From NCBI RefSeq assembly GCF_009914755.1, contig NC_060939.1: a stretch of DNA of 64,000 nt. One strand, 5' to 3'. The position numbers were made by a program, and so were the translations under genes. The notes under the pieces were generated by a model. It saw only the letters and a program-made list of their open reading frames with translations. It did no database searches and was not told where the DNA came from. Below are positions 16,591-31,550 of this stretch, piece after piece; the stretch's first letter is position 1; each line of letters begins with the position of its first letter. This stretch comes from the human T2T-CHM13v2.0 reference genome, Homo sapiens.

Positions 16591-17242
16591 CCTACACCTT
16601 CCTGGGCCCTGTCTTAAAACTTTTAGACTGAATTATTCAGGAAGGAAGGTCAGTAATACGAAAGCCAAAGGGCTAATTTGTTTAGAATGAATAACTGCAC
16701 TGACTTCTGCTGTAGCTGAAGAGGTCTGTTTTCCCAATGGTCTCATCTGCCTTGAACAGCAAGGTTGACTACAGGATGTTTGAGGAAGAGAGGAGTACTG
16801 TTAGTAGGCAGGCTTCCTCCAACAGATAATTGCCAAAGTAAGAAAACTCTTGCTTTTGAGGGGTGGAATATTCTGGTTTCATTTTATTCCCAGGAAAGGT
16901 ATCTATTCCTTTTCTTTCTTTTTTTAAAAATACAACTTTTATTTTAGAACAGCTTTAGATGTATAGACAAATTGTGAAGATAGTACATAGAGTTCCCATG
17001 TATCCTACACCCAGTTTCTCCAATTACGAACATTTTACATTAGTATGATACCTTTGTCACGATTACTAAAACAATATAAATACATTATTAACTAAAGTCC
17101 ATATTTTATTCAGGTATCTTCAGTTTTTCCTTAATGCCCTTTTTCTGTTTCAGGGTCCTATCTAGGGCATCACATTACATTTATTCTCCTTAGGCTAGTC
17201 TTGGTTGTGACAGTTTCTCAGACCTTCCTTGTTTTTTATGAC

Positions 17243-17963
<721 letters not shown>

Positions 17964-20907
17964 ATTACCTTGACAGTTCTGAGGATTACTGGTCATATGT
18001 TTTGCAAAACTGTGATTTATTTGATTTCTCATTAGACTGGGATAATGTGTTTTGGGGAGAAAAACCACACAGGTAAAGTGTCATTTTCATCATATCATAT
18101 CAAGGATACACGACATCTCTGTTGATGCTGACCCTGATCATCTGGCTTGAGGTACAATTTATCAGGTTTCTCTATTGTAATGTTACCCTTTCTGTACTGC
18201 ACTCATTGAAGGAAAGTCACTATGAACAGCCTAATGTATGGAGTGGAGAGTTTTGCCTCACTCCATTGAGGGTGGAATGTCTAAGTAAATCATTTGGAAT
18301 TCTTTTGCATGGGAGATTTATCTATTCCCTCCCAAGGTCAACATCAACCATTTGTTTATATCAGTAAAGATTCGTAGATATTTACTTTATACATTGGATT
18401 ATGATCCAACAATACTTTTATTTTGTTGCTCAAACTGTTCCAGCTTTGGTCATTGAAGAACTTTCAGTTGGCTCCTGTGTCCCCTTGACATACTCCTATC
18501 GTTGTGTCTTGTTTTGTTTTTTTGAGTACTTTCTTATTTTCTGTCACTCCGGAGGCTCCATACATCTTGTATATTTCCTACCCCAGGGCTAGAATCAGCC
18601 ACTTCTCCAAGGAATCCTGATTCCTAACATTGGATAACCCTGACTTCTACTCCCCAAGATCTGAGGACTAGGTATGATAATTGCTACTGGAGTTTCATTG
18701 CTTCTAGTACACATTGACTTAGTGTACATTGTAAATATGTACACTAACCTGTGCATATACATATATCTATAAACATTTCCATATGCAACCATGTGTATCT
18801 ATACATTAAGCTAAATGAGTTCATATCAATGTCTCCAACATGAATCCATTACCACATGGATCATTTTAGCCTCTCATTGCTTACCTGTAACCAACACTAC
18901 AACAGTGAAAAACGTGGCTTCTAACAACTGCCACCCATTTTCTTAATTGTTCAATTCCAGTATACATGCATGGTAATTTCAACATTATTAATCCATACCT
19001 TGTTCCCCATGGGACAGAACTTTATCAGTAGAGTACAGGGCTTATGCATAGTTCCTTTAGTTTAAAGTAAGTACGGTAAGACTAAACAGTCATACAGATG
19101 CCACTCATTTCCAAAGTTACTTAGATTAGCAACTTGTTTCTTCACTCCCTTCAGTGAGATTATTGGATACATTTATAATACATTTAGACTCTTTTGCCAC
19201 ATTTTGCATTCCATCCTGGAAACTCTGACCTCCTAAATAAGTTTTCAAAAATTTGTACACATTAAGATCCACTCTTTCTGCTATAAAATTCTCTGGGTTT
19301 TGGCAAATGCTTAATATCTTATATTCATCATCACAGTATCATACTTATCACCCTAAAAAAGTCCTGGTTTTTCATCTATTCAACCTTCCCATCAACTCCT
19401 TGCTCCCAAGTCCCTGGCAACCACTGATCTTTTTACCAACTCTCTAATTTTGCCTTTACCAGAATGTCATATAACTGGACTCACAGAGCATTTTCAGGCT
19501 GATCTCTCTAACTTGGCAATGTGCATTTTTAAGATTCATCCATGTCTTTTCATGATTTCATAGCTCTTTTTAGTACTGATTAATATTTCGCTATATGAAT
19601 GTACCACAGTTTATCCATTTACCTACTGAAGGACATCTTGGATGCTTCCAGTTTTGGTAATTATAAATAAAGCTGCTACAAACATTTGTGTACAGGTCTT
19701 GTGTGAACAGAAGTTTTCAAATTAGTTGGGTAAATACCTAAGAGCATAACTGCTGATTTGCATGGTATGATCATGTTTAGTTTTATAAGAAACTGCCACC
19801 AAAGTGGCTGTAACATTTTACATTCTCACCAGCAATGAATGAGAGTTCCTGTTACTCCTGTTACTCCACATCCTCACCAGAATTTGGTCAGTGTTTTGAA
19901 TTTCAGCCAATTGCTGAGTAGTGGTACCACATTATTGTTTTAATTTGCAATTCCCTAATGACACACAATGTTGACCATCTTTTTAAGTGCTAATTTTGCC
20001 ATCTGCTTATCTTCCTTGATGGGGTGTCTCTTCAGATCTTCTGCCCATTTTTAAATTGGGTTATTTTCTCATTGTTGAGTCTTAAGAGTTCTTTGTATAT
20101 TTTGGATTCAAGTGTTATATAAGTGTTTTACAAATATTTTCTCCCCATTTATAGCTTGTCTTTCCATTCTTTTAATAGAGTATTTCACAGAAGTTTTAAA
20201 TTTTAACTAAGTCACAACTTACCAATATTTTTCTTTCATGTATCATTCTGATGTTGTATTTTAAAATCTTTTACCAAACCCAGTATCATATATGTTTTCC
20301 TCAATAAGTTTTATGTTGTATATTTAGGTCTATGCTCCATTTTGAGTTAATTATTGCATAAATTATAAGGTCTGTGTCTAGGTTCAGTTTTGGATATGGA
20401 CATCCAATTGTTCCAGCACCATTTATTGAAAATGTCATCTTTTGTTAAAAATCAGTTGACTATATTCATGTGAATTTATCTTAGACTCTCCATTCTGTTC
20501 TATTAATCTATGTGTCTATTCTTTCACCAACACCATAGTATCTTGATTATCGTGGCCTTACAGTAAGCCAGGTAGTGTGAGTACTACAACTTTGCCAATT
20601 TTCTTCAGTATTCCACTGACTATACTAGGTATTTGGCTTTCCTTATGAGCTTTAGAATCAGTTTGTTGACGTCTACAAAATAGCTTGCTGGGATTTTGAT
20701 TTGGGACTGTGTCAAGTCTATAGATCAAATTGGAAAGAACTGACATCACAACAATATTATTTCAATCCATGAACACAGAATCTCTCTCCATTTCTTTAGA
20801 TCTTGTTTGATTAGTGCATTGTAGTTTTCCACCTATAGATATCTGTATGTATATTTTTTATCAGTGCCTTACAGTTTTCTAACTGTAGCTCCTAGCTCCT
20901 GTATACA

Positions 20908-21212
20908 TTTTTTTTTTTTTTTTTTTTTTTTTGAGACGGAGTCTCGCTCTGTCTCCCAGGCTGGAGTAAAGTGGCGCGATCTCTGCTCACTGCAAGCTCT
21001 GCCTCCTGGGTTCACACCATCTCCTGCCTCAGCCTCCCGAGTAGCTGGGACTACAGGTGCCCGCCACCACGTCCGGCCAATTTTTTTGTATTTTTAGTAG
21101 AGATGGGGTTTCACTGTGTTAGCCAGGATGGTCTCCATCTCCTGACCTCGTGATCTGCTGCCTCGGCCTCCCAAAGTGATGGGATTACAGGCATAAGCCA
21201 CCACACCTGGCC
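20908..21212 (-). mobile_element. AluY
   Basis: AluY diagnostics, TSD TCCTGTATACATTTT. Confidence 0.95.
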
Positions 21213-21414
21213 AATCCTGTATACATTTTCTTTCATTTACACCTAAATATTTCATCTTTGGGAGTGCTATTGTAAATGGTACTTCCTGGGATTAAAAAGT
21301 TTTAGAACAACTTTCATATACAAATCACCTAGCCTACTTGGACTTGAGGTTTCCTATCTGTACAATGTGGATCATTCCTGCATGCATTACTGTAAAGGGC
21401 ACAAAGATGAAGTA

Positions 21415-21615
21415 CAGCCTGGGCAACAGAGTGAGACCTCATCTCTACAAAAGGTAAACAAAATTAGTCAGGCATCTTTGTGTGTGCCTGTAGTCCCAGC
21501 TCCTTGGGAAGCTGAGGTGGATCTCTTGAGCCCAGGAGGTTGAGGCTATAGTAAGTTGAGATTGAGCCACTGCACTCCAGCCTGGACAACAGAGCAAGAC
21601 CCTGTTTCAAAAAAA
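21415..21615 (+). mobile_element. 5'-truncated AluJ
   Basis: AluJ motifs CTTGAGCCCAGGAGGTTGAGGCT. Confidence 0.88.
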
Positions 21616-21690
21616 GGAAGGAAGGAAGGAAGGGAGGGAGGGACGGAAGGAGGGAGGGAGGGAGGGTGGGTGGGAGGGAGAGATGGAGGG
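21616..21690. repeat. (GGAA)n/(GGAG)n purine-rich simple repeat
   Basis: Read directly from the sequence. Confidence 0.95.
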
Positions 21691-22113
21691 ATAATATAAC
21701 AATATATGGAAAAATTATGAATAAATTAGAAATCACTAAACAAATATAATGGCCATTAAATCCACTGTCCTCCATATAACAACAAGGAAACAAAAGAGCA
21801 GAGAAATTAAGTCATTTGATAAAATTTTATTAGGGGCATGGAACAACTGAAAGTCCACATAGCAGCTAAAGGATATTAAGGGAACAAAATTGGCCAGAGG
21901 CGAAGGTCTATAAAGAGGGGTGGAAAGGTATTTAGAGAACCAGAGCTCAGACTGAATTACATATGTAATGAGGAGCCACTAAAAGTTCCTGACCAGGACA
22001 AAAGAAGAGATAATTACTATGGAGTTTTTTGGAAATTAATCTGACTGGTGGATAGGGTGGAATAAAACAGAGAATGAGTAGGACATGGGGAGAACAGTAC
22101 AGTCTCCGTGCTA

Positions 22114-22406
22114 TAGTTATCTCTCATTATCTGTGGGGAATTGGTTCCAGGACCCCTGTGAACACTAAAATCTGCAGATGATCAAGTCCCTTACATAAAA
22201 TGGCATAGTATTTTATATAACCTGTGCACATCTTCCCGCATACTTTAAATCATCTCTGGATTACTTGCTATGTAAATAGTTGTGATACTGTATTTTTATT
22301 TGTGTTATTTTTATTATTGTGTTGCTATTTTTTATTTTCAAATATTTTTAATCTGTGGTTTGTTGAATCCACAGATATGAAACCCACGGACATGTAAGGC
22401 TGACTA
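22114..22406 (+). mobile_element. MER2 (TcMar-Tigger) DNA transposon, internally deleted
   Basis: TTGGTTCCAGGACCCC, CAAGTCCCTTACATAAAATGGCATAGTA, TTGAATCCACAGATATGAAACCCACGGA. Confidence 0.85.
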
Positions 22407-22453
22407 TTAGGTTACTGCAGAACCAATTGTGGCTTTTGCCATTACTTTTAATA
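22407..22453 (+). mobile_element. Half MADE1 (Hsmar1-derived MITE)
   Basis: TTAGGTTACTGCAGAACCAATTGTGGCTTTTGCCATTACTTTTAAT resembles a MADE1 arm plus spacer. Confidence 0.65.
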
Positions 22454-22727
22454 ATAGATTAGGGTCATGGCAAGAATTTCAGAACATGAAAGGTACTTAG
22501 ACATATAAAACCCAAATTTTATATACACTGTAGGTTATTCTTACTAGCAAAGATTAGTACATATGGCACAACCCGTTTTGCTCTCCTTGTAATGGCAGTT
22601 AACGTGCATTTTTGCTTAGTCATTTCTCTTTTCAGTCCTGAATTTTTAAAAGTATATTAAGAAAGATGATGGAGGAAGACTAATTAGTCAGGAAGAGTTT
22701 AAAGGACTAAGAGTTTAAAGGACTCAG

Positions 22728-22806
22728 TAAGACCTCTTAAACAATTCAAGTTCTAAACCCTCCTTTGGACATAACTATGGAAATTCTGAGAATACTTTTG
22801 TCCTTT
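22728..22806 (+). repeat. Copy 1 of a ~79-bp dispersed direct repeat (copy 2 at 24355-24432)
   Basis: Manual alignment gives 7 mismatches and 1 gap in 79 bp. Confidence 0.9.
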
Positions 22807-24354
22807 CACTTTTATAACACTTGCATTGTTTTTCAGAAATTATTTGGTTTACCTGCATACACTATTTCCTGGATAAGGCAACTAGAAAAAGGCTGATAGA
22901 TGCAGGATACTTTCCTATGCCAATCAGAATTAAAGTGTATTTCTAGTTCCAGAGAAAGAATAGTTATAATCACTTAAAATCCCAGGAAATGGCCATGTGA
23001 TAAAATTTGGCATTTACGTTTTGAACTGCCTAATCATTCCTTTTATAGACTGGCTGAAGGTTACTTTGTCTTTGGCATTTTCTTTTGTCTCGGCTGCTTT
23101 CCTCTGTCATCCAGGGCTCAGTTTCAAGGTTGAAATACATTATGATAATCACAGTCAACCAAAGGCATCCCAATTCCAAACTCTCCATAACTTGATGCTT
23201 TTCCCATCAATTTTACTTCAGTTAAAAGGCCAGTTAAAGGAAGAATGTATGAATAAATCTGAGCTTACAAGTGCTATTGCCAACATTACCTCACAGAATA
23301 AGGCTTTTTATTAAATTTGCTGTCTTTCCACTATATTATACATTAGAAACATAAACATGTACATAAACATCTTTTGAAATTAAGTGACTCCCCTTTAGAA
23401 AGCTGAACCTTCTCAATTAAAGGTTCCATATGTTTTACCTAAATAAGTTATTGCCCATAAGACTATGTCAAATATTTCTATTACTTCATATTTCCTCAAT
23501 CACTTCTCTCTTAAAGCCAATGAAGAAAAACAGCAAATGGAAACATAAATTATTTTTATTATTAAACCATAAGTAACCTTCATGCATTTTTCAACTAGAG
23601 ATTCAGGACAGAAACCATGACCAATAGCCAAGCCAAGTCCCAGGTCTGATGCTTACTGTATCTGACATTAAGTGTATCACAGCTTATTTGGACCTTAGCT
23701 TCTCTATGTGTAAAATGAGGGGACTGGACACAATGTTTGGTTAAACCGTCTTAAGTAAGCATAAACAACTGAAACTTCTAAACTTCTAATGCTGACATTT
23801 TCACAAAGAACATAGAGTCCTTTTGAAAACATTACCAGAATAAAAGATCTACAGAGATCTACTGTCGTAGATAACAAAGGAAAGAGAAGCGTAATCAATC
23901 GATAGATACAAACATTTGGGTTAATAAAATTTTAGAATCATCACAAAAGCCTTCCCTTAGCTTCCTTACTAACCAGCTTTTGCCTTCTCTTAACAATCAG
24001 TTTATTTATAAAAACCACTCCTCTTCAGGAGGTCTTATGCTAACTACCTCCTCTAGGTTTCCACTGTATACAATTTCCTCTCTATCAAGGCATTTCAACA
24101 AGACTATAAACTCTTTCCTTATTTGTGCTTGTAAGCTGGATCATATAGAGTAAATTGGATTATGCATTTTAGCTTTTGCATGTACTTCCCCCTCTCAACA
24201 GAAGGGATACAATTTGGAAAGGATCTGGCAAATAGTCCAAGTACTGGAAAAGAGAACCCTGCTCTCTTTGATCCTGCTCTCAAATTTTGAGTATATAGGC
24301 TGGGGTATTTACCTGGTAAACTCTGAGGAGGAAGACTCAGTGGGAAGGAATCAA

Positions 24355-24432
24355 TAAGACCTCTTCAACAATTCAAGTTTAAATCTTCCTTTAGACTTAA
24401 CTATGGGAATTCTGAGGATACTTTTGTCCTTT
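24355..24432 (+). repeat. Copy 2 of the ~79-bp dispersed direct repeat
   Basis: About 90% identical to 22728-22806. Confidence 0.9.
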
Positions 24433-27099
24433 ATTTAGTTACAGGCTTCATAATACTTAGTGTTAGGAATATACTAGCTGCTTAACAAATGTTGAAAACA
24501 GAATAAATAAAAGGTTAAAAATTTAAGAATTAACACGGCACAATTGAGCTTTTCAGGTATACTAACAGATATTCAACAGAATAAATATTTTAAAGGCTTT
24601 TTAATATAAGCTTTCATCTAATAAGCAGTTTGAAGTACTAGAAAGAGCACAGGCATTATCATACACATCTATGTGACTTAATCTCTCTGAGCTTCCTTCC
24701 ATGTCTTCATTTGTAAAACTGGAATCAACTTAGTTTACAGAGTTGCTATAAAGATTTAAGCTAATGGACAGGAAGCATCTATTAGTCCATGCCCATGTAG
24801 GCGTTTGAAATATATATGGCAATATTATGTGACTTATTCCTCAGGGTAACTTCAGGCTTAATAGAGATAAAACCTTTTCCTCTGTGCTTTACTTTCAACA
24901 TACCCCTCATTTGTATTTAAGTCCCTTCTGATCACATTCCAGTTAATAAATTTCAGTTATGTATGCTTCTCCCAAATGTCAGCTTCATTACAAGTTCTAT
25001 TAGGAGGAAAGCTTTCCATACTTTAACAGTAGAGAAAAATCAGTTTTGATATTTCATTACTTTTCTGAAGTCCTAGAACAGTAATAATATTTATGACACT
25101 GAGCACCGAGGTTTACGAAGCAGTAAATAGCTTTTGTGGCTGATTAAGCATCTCTGTTTCACTTCACATACTCTGGTACCACAGGCATCACCCCTTAATT
25201 AAATGCTTGCTAATGTTGCACAAGGACTTTTCTTGGTCCTGTACCTTTCAACAAATGTTACAATGAGGGAGAAGAAAAAACAAGCTAAATTATTGAGATG
25301 CTGTGGATACTAAAAGTTCTGCTCAAAGCTGGGTCAATAACATGACATCATGAAAAAGTTACTGTATACAATACAAAATCAAAGCCAAAAAAAATCCAAA
25401 AAAAGCAGTACTTTGGAAAGATTCTATTTGAAATGTCTGCATTTCAGGAGTATGAGTAAAACCACAAACATCAGGTAAAAGGAGGAGCATATTCCTTTTC
25501 CCATGTTTGCTGCATATAAAATAATTAGTATAAAGTCATTTTATAATTTTCTTTGATATTAATACTTTAGCACCTGAGTGGCTAAAGATCAGAAAGGAAC
25601 AAGTTTGTGCCATTACCAAAGATGAATATGTCTTTTCTCATTTATGGAGGTTTTATCCCAGAGTAAGATAAAGGAAAAGTAAAAAGAGAAACCTTAGAAA
25701 CCCCTGACAAATTATGCTTAGGACTTTGAAGTTCATAGAAAGTTCAGCGGCCACCATTGCTTTTGACTCTCCTAATTGAAGCAAGTAGTAAATCTGTATT
25801 CTGCACAGACAGAAGGAATGACATATAAGGCTGCCACAAGTTTTATAATTAATGACAGAATGTGCATTTTCCAGCAAGGGAAAAAAAAAACACCTTTACA
25901 GCTTCCAGAAAATCAACAATCTACATGTGGTGGTTGCAAAATGCTGAATACATTGCATTTCTAAAATTAAACAGCTGATCACAGATTGAAAATGATAGTA
26001 ATATGCAAATGTAATGGTGTAATAAAGTGAAGGAAGTGGTCACACATTACATAAATAATCACCTATTCCAGTTTCCTTCAACTATCCTCTGTCCCCACCC
26101 TTTATTTAATCCACCAAAAAAGCCTAAATAGCTTTTTAGATCTGTGAGCTAAACACCAAGTAGTATTTCAGTCTCACAACTAATTTGTCATTGCATATTT
26201 TTTATTTGCCATAAAAAACTATTAACTTGTTTTATATACAATCACCTTTATTATTTATACTAATAGAAAAGGACATAGTGGTGAGTAATCCAAAACATTC
26301 AAACAATCAAAACTTTAAATATTCAAACAGGACAATAAAAGAACCTTAAGTCATGACATATGAGGAACTGTGGCTATTCTTCCTGGAGAAAAACTGTTTA
26401 GGGAGAACATGGTAGCTGTCTTCTCATACCTGAGTTGTCATTTCACAAACAGTGCTAAGAACCCAAACTAGTGGACTAAATTTGTAAGGAGACAGGTTTC
26501 AGCTCACTACATGGAAGGAAGACAATCTCTTATGTATGGGTGGTAGAGAACACTCAGAAACCAACTGACATTGAATAGAGGTGGCTGGACTAAAACTCAG
26601 TAACTCTAAAGCCTCTTTGAATGCTTGAGCCTACGACTTTGTGATATATGTTTAAACTTATGGCCAAATCTGGATGTTTTTCAGGAGTTCATGAAGTCAT
26701 ACAAAAGTTTGAACTAATAGGTTTAAGTCTGGGGTCCCTGAGTCACTCCTTTTACAAGTCTCTTATGTTCCTAGCTTGGTCATAGCACTGTTTAAGCAGA
26801 ACTTAAATTACTTAGAACTTTTCTGAACAAAGTAAACTGCTTTCTCTGCAGGTTTCATATCAAAGCACAAAAAATAAACCACAACTAAAAATTAGAGAAC
26901 AAATGGCTTGGGCTGTAAAAAAGGTTTTGAGCAAAAGAACCTAGGGTGCTGACAAGAGCCACATTTAAGTAGTTTGCACCATGAAGTCCAAACAGGACAG
27001 GAGTCTAATGAGATGAGTGAAATGACCAGTTGCATACAAGTGAAGGTTTCTAGAAGGGCACATGCAGAAAAGCTACTTTTAGATGGGAGCTACAACCAA

Positions 27100-28690
27100 T
27101 GTTGAAAATTAAATGCAACTATGTGCTTGTCAGCTTGCTCTACTATATAAGTTTATGCAAAAGACATGGAAAGTAAAACATACAACAAAGGAATCTGACC
27201 TAGACCTGGCTTGGGGATAACCTAAAGAAGCGTTGAGATCTGAAGGATGAAATCTAACTGATAAATGTTTCAGACAGGGGAATACCACATGCAAAGGTTC
27301 TGAGATGACAGGGAGCATAGTATGTTTAAAGAACTAAACAAACAAACAAAAACCCAATGAGGCTTGAGAAGTAAGTAGATAGGAACAAATCTATGCAGGA
27401 CATTTTAGGTATTAGTTTACAGCCTAAGATCATTAGGAAACCAGAGAACATTTTTTAAACACAGGGCCATAATGATCAGATCTGTAGTTTGAAAAATCAC
27501 TGGATACTGGTTAAAGAATAGATTTCACAAGTTATTAAAGTAGGTGCAGACAGACCATTTAAATAGGTTATTATGATGGTAGCCTAGAACAAAGTGGTGG
27601 TAATGAAGACGGAAGTAGATGAATTCAAGAGGCATCTCCCATATGATAACTGCCAGAGTTATTATGCAATAACAGAGGCTGGGTACAGGAATTCTTGACA
27701 GGGATAGGTTGAGAATTCAGAAGTTTTCTGAATGACCAGCTCTAAGTCTTAATTAAGGTCTAAAAGGCATTGGGAGTAGTAAGAATTTCAGGGTTGAAGG
27801 AATGTTCGGAAATAAATGAGGACATAGAAAATTAAAGGCAGGCCGGGTGCAGTGGCTCACGCCTGTAATCCCAACACTTTGCGAGGCAGAGGCGGGTGGA
27901 TCACTTGAGGTCAGGAGTTCAAGTCTAGCCTGGCCAACATGGCAAAACCCTGTCTCTACTAAAAATACAAAAATTAGGCGTGCTGGCGGGCACCTGTAAT
28001 CCTAGCTACTCGGGAGGCTGAGGCAGGGAGAATTGCTTGAACCCAAGAAGCGGAGGTTGCAGCAAGCCAAGATTGCACCACTGCACTCTAGCCTGGGAAA
28101 CACAGCGAGATTCCAACCCCCCCAACCCCCACAAAAAAAAAAAAAAAAAAAAAAAGAAAAAGAAAACTAAAGGCAGAAGTTGTTAAACGTTTGGAATGAG
28201 ATAAGGTGTGCGTCTGGTGGGGGGCACTGTGTAATGAGGACAGTGCCATAAGGTGGAGCTGGATAGCCACGCAGGTTCAGATCCTGGAGGGCTTTCACAA
28301 GAGAAAAAATTTGAACTTTACACTAGAGACTATGCAGAGCCAATATACAATTTTACTGAAGAGAAAAACAAGATTTTAAAGTGCCTTTAGAAAGACTGCC
28401 TAGTTAGTAGTGTGGGGAGGGATGAACACTGGGAGTAGGGATACTAGGTATGAAGAGTTGTATGAATCATGTGAGAGAAATTTATGACAGTCATAATTAG
28501 TGCAGGAGTAAAGGAAATAAAGAAAACGGACCAAAAAATTTTTACAAGGTAGGAAAAACAGGGCGTGGGGAGTTAGAGAAAATAAAGGGACTAGTACTAC
28601 TCCTGGGTTTCTGTTCTGAAACTAGGTAAATAGTGAAACTTTTTGCTGACACAGAGAATACAATAAGAAAAATAGATTACAGTAACAGAT
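27100..28690 (-). mobile_element. Degenerate L2 fragments, interrupted by an AluS
   Basis: Antisense L2 motifs (GAGATCTGAAGGATGA...CATGCAAAGGTTCTGAG; ATGATCAGATCTGTAGTTTGAAAAATCACT). Confidence 0.6.
27841..28161 (+). mobile_element. AluS
   Basis: Full dimer; TSD GAAAATTAAAGGCA / GAAAACTAAAGGCA. Confidence 0.95.
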
Positions 28691-29864
28691 GACAGGTAAC
28701 TGCGACCAACTAAGTGACACATATTACTATATTCCATTTTTAATTATAGTTACTCATGTAATTATCCTATTCTGTACATCATTATTAAACCTGGGTTCAG
28801 AGAGTACGGAGCCAATACTGACTGATAAGAGTTTCTTTCTTTGTGCTCCATTTTATGGAGGCTTACACATGGTAGGTCTTCAACAGGTATTTTATAAATA
28901 AACAAATAACAATTCTGCCAACCAAATAAATAACTGAATTGGCTAAGACTATGTGTGGGGCTACACTCACAGAAAAACCAGGTAACAACAATTTAAACAC
29001 ACAGGATTTTATTTTAGGCAATCAGCAGTCTGGGGCTGGGCAGACCAGGAATGGTTTGACTGCAGGTCATCAATGACATCACAAAACAAAGTCCTTCTAT
29101 CCATCTGCTGTGCATTCCCTCGAATTTGTTTTCATACTCATGATGAACCTCCAGGCATCAGTTCCATATTCCTGGCAGGAAGAAGGCTGAAGGCCTAAAA
29201 ATATCTCCCATAAGGTTTTGATTTTTGATTATGGAAAGAAAGCTCTCCCCAGTGGACTTGTACTTACATGTCCCTGGCCAGCACTGTGTCACAGGGCCAA
29301 CCCTAGCTGAAAGATGTCTAAAGGGAGAAGGAAGGGAAGGACAAGGTAGTTAGAAATGGATAATCAGTGAGCCAAAATACATTTAACATGGTAGAATTTA
29401 TATTTGGCTTATCAGAAGCCTTTTAAAATAAAAGGAAAAACCAGAAGTAGGAATAGAATATTAAGCAAAAACAAAATAATATCTAGATTTTGGTTTCTTA
29501 CACTATTCTCTAATAAAAGGAAGGCTCTTTGGCAAAAATTGCTATTTCTAGGGCTATCGCAGGAAATACACAAGATAAACCTGGGGCATTTTGTAGTGTC
29601 AGAAAATTTTTTAAATGCTTAAATACACACACAAAATATTGTTGATATGGGTATGTCAAAGGGGCGCAGGAGGCAACTGAAAGAACTTCCAATGGTTAAA
29701 GCTGAAACAAGATGAGCAATAAAATAAAGTAATACTGGATTAAAATCCAAAGTATAAAATAAGTCTTCAAGTTCATACCAATATAAATAACTAAGTAAAT
29801 AAATGAGGAAGAATAAACAAATTTCCTAGGCAGAATAATCAAATAGTTTATTCACTTCTTCTAG

Positions 29865-30365
<501 letters not shown>

Positions 30366-30840
30366 TAGTATATGGAAAGAGGGGAAAAGAATAACTTTAC
30401 AATGGAGAAACCTGGCAAACACTACCTTAGCCAGTGAGCAAGGTTAACATCAACAGCGATAAGTCATGCTGACAGTATATACCCTTGATATGATGTGATG
30501 AGAATGGTACTTTATTTCTGTGGTCTTCCTTTCAAAACTTGTGTCACTGATGTATTTTAAAACTTTTGTTTAAAGCATTACAGTATTTTTCTGTGACCAT
30601 CAATTAATATGAGGGTTTGTGTTATAAGAGTTAAAGCATATGCTATCATTGTATTCTTTAAGAATCTTATTTTGATAAAATGTAAATTTGTTGAACCCTG
30701 CCACATTTAGTATCCCCACCCTCAAATCCTGTTCCAATGAAAAAAGTAAAACCTGATACGAAAAAAAAAAAATTCAGTTAACCTATTTTGGGTCTGTAGG
30801 CTGACCTCAACCCTGTAATATAACCCATTACAATGAATTT

Positions 30841-31132
30841 TCTTTTTTTTTAAGACAGAGTTTCTCTCTGTCACCCAGGCTGGAGTGCAATGGTGCGATT
30901 TCAGCTCACTGCAACCTCTGCCTCCCCGGGTTCAAGCGATTCTCCTGCCTCAGCCTCCTGAGTAGCTGGGATTACAGGCACATACCACCACGCCCAGCTA
31001 ATTTTTGTATTTTTAGTAGAGGCAGGGTTTCACCATGCTGGTCAGGATGGTCTCGAACTCCTGACTTCATGATCCACCCACCTCGGCCTCCCAAAGTGCT
31101 GAGATTACACATGTGAGCCACTGCGTCCTGCC
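30841..31132 (-). mobile_element. AluS carried inside the retrocopied 3'UTR
   Basis: Alu arms; TSD AATGAATTT / AACGAATTT. Confidence 0.92.
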
Positions 31133-31334
31133 TAAAACGAATTTTCTAGATGACTGAATAACAGTAGTCCTCTGGTAGGAGATAATGACTTGGTTGATGG
31201 CCTTAATATACTACTTAATTACTTAAGATGTTTATTAATAGAATGATAAATGTACAGAGTAACGTATAAGCATGACATACTTTTGCTTTCCGTAGTTTCA
31301 TGTAAAGAAAAAAACTTGAAAATAGTAATACCTG

Positions 31335-31550
31335 ACGACCCATGGGAATAACAGACACTGGGGAGGTAGGGTGTGGAGTGGGAGCAAGAGCTGAAAAACT
31401 ACCTACTGGCACTCTGCTCACTACCTGGGTGACAGCATCATCCGTACCCCAAACCTCAGCATCACACAGTATACCCAGCTAACAAACCTGCCCATGTGTT
31501 CCCTGAATCTAAAATAAAAATCGAAATAATTTTTTTAAAAAAGAAAAAGA
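31335..31550 (+). mobile_element. L1PA/L1PB 3'-end fragment inside the retrocopy
   Basis: GAAAAACTACCTA..GCTCACTACCTGGGTGAC..CCCCAAACCTCAGCATCAC..AACAAACCTG..CCCTGAATCTAAAATAAAA. Confidence 0.8.
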
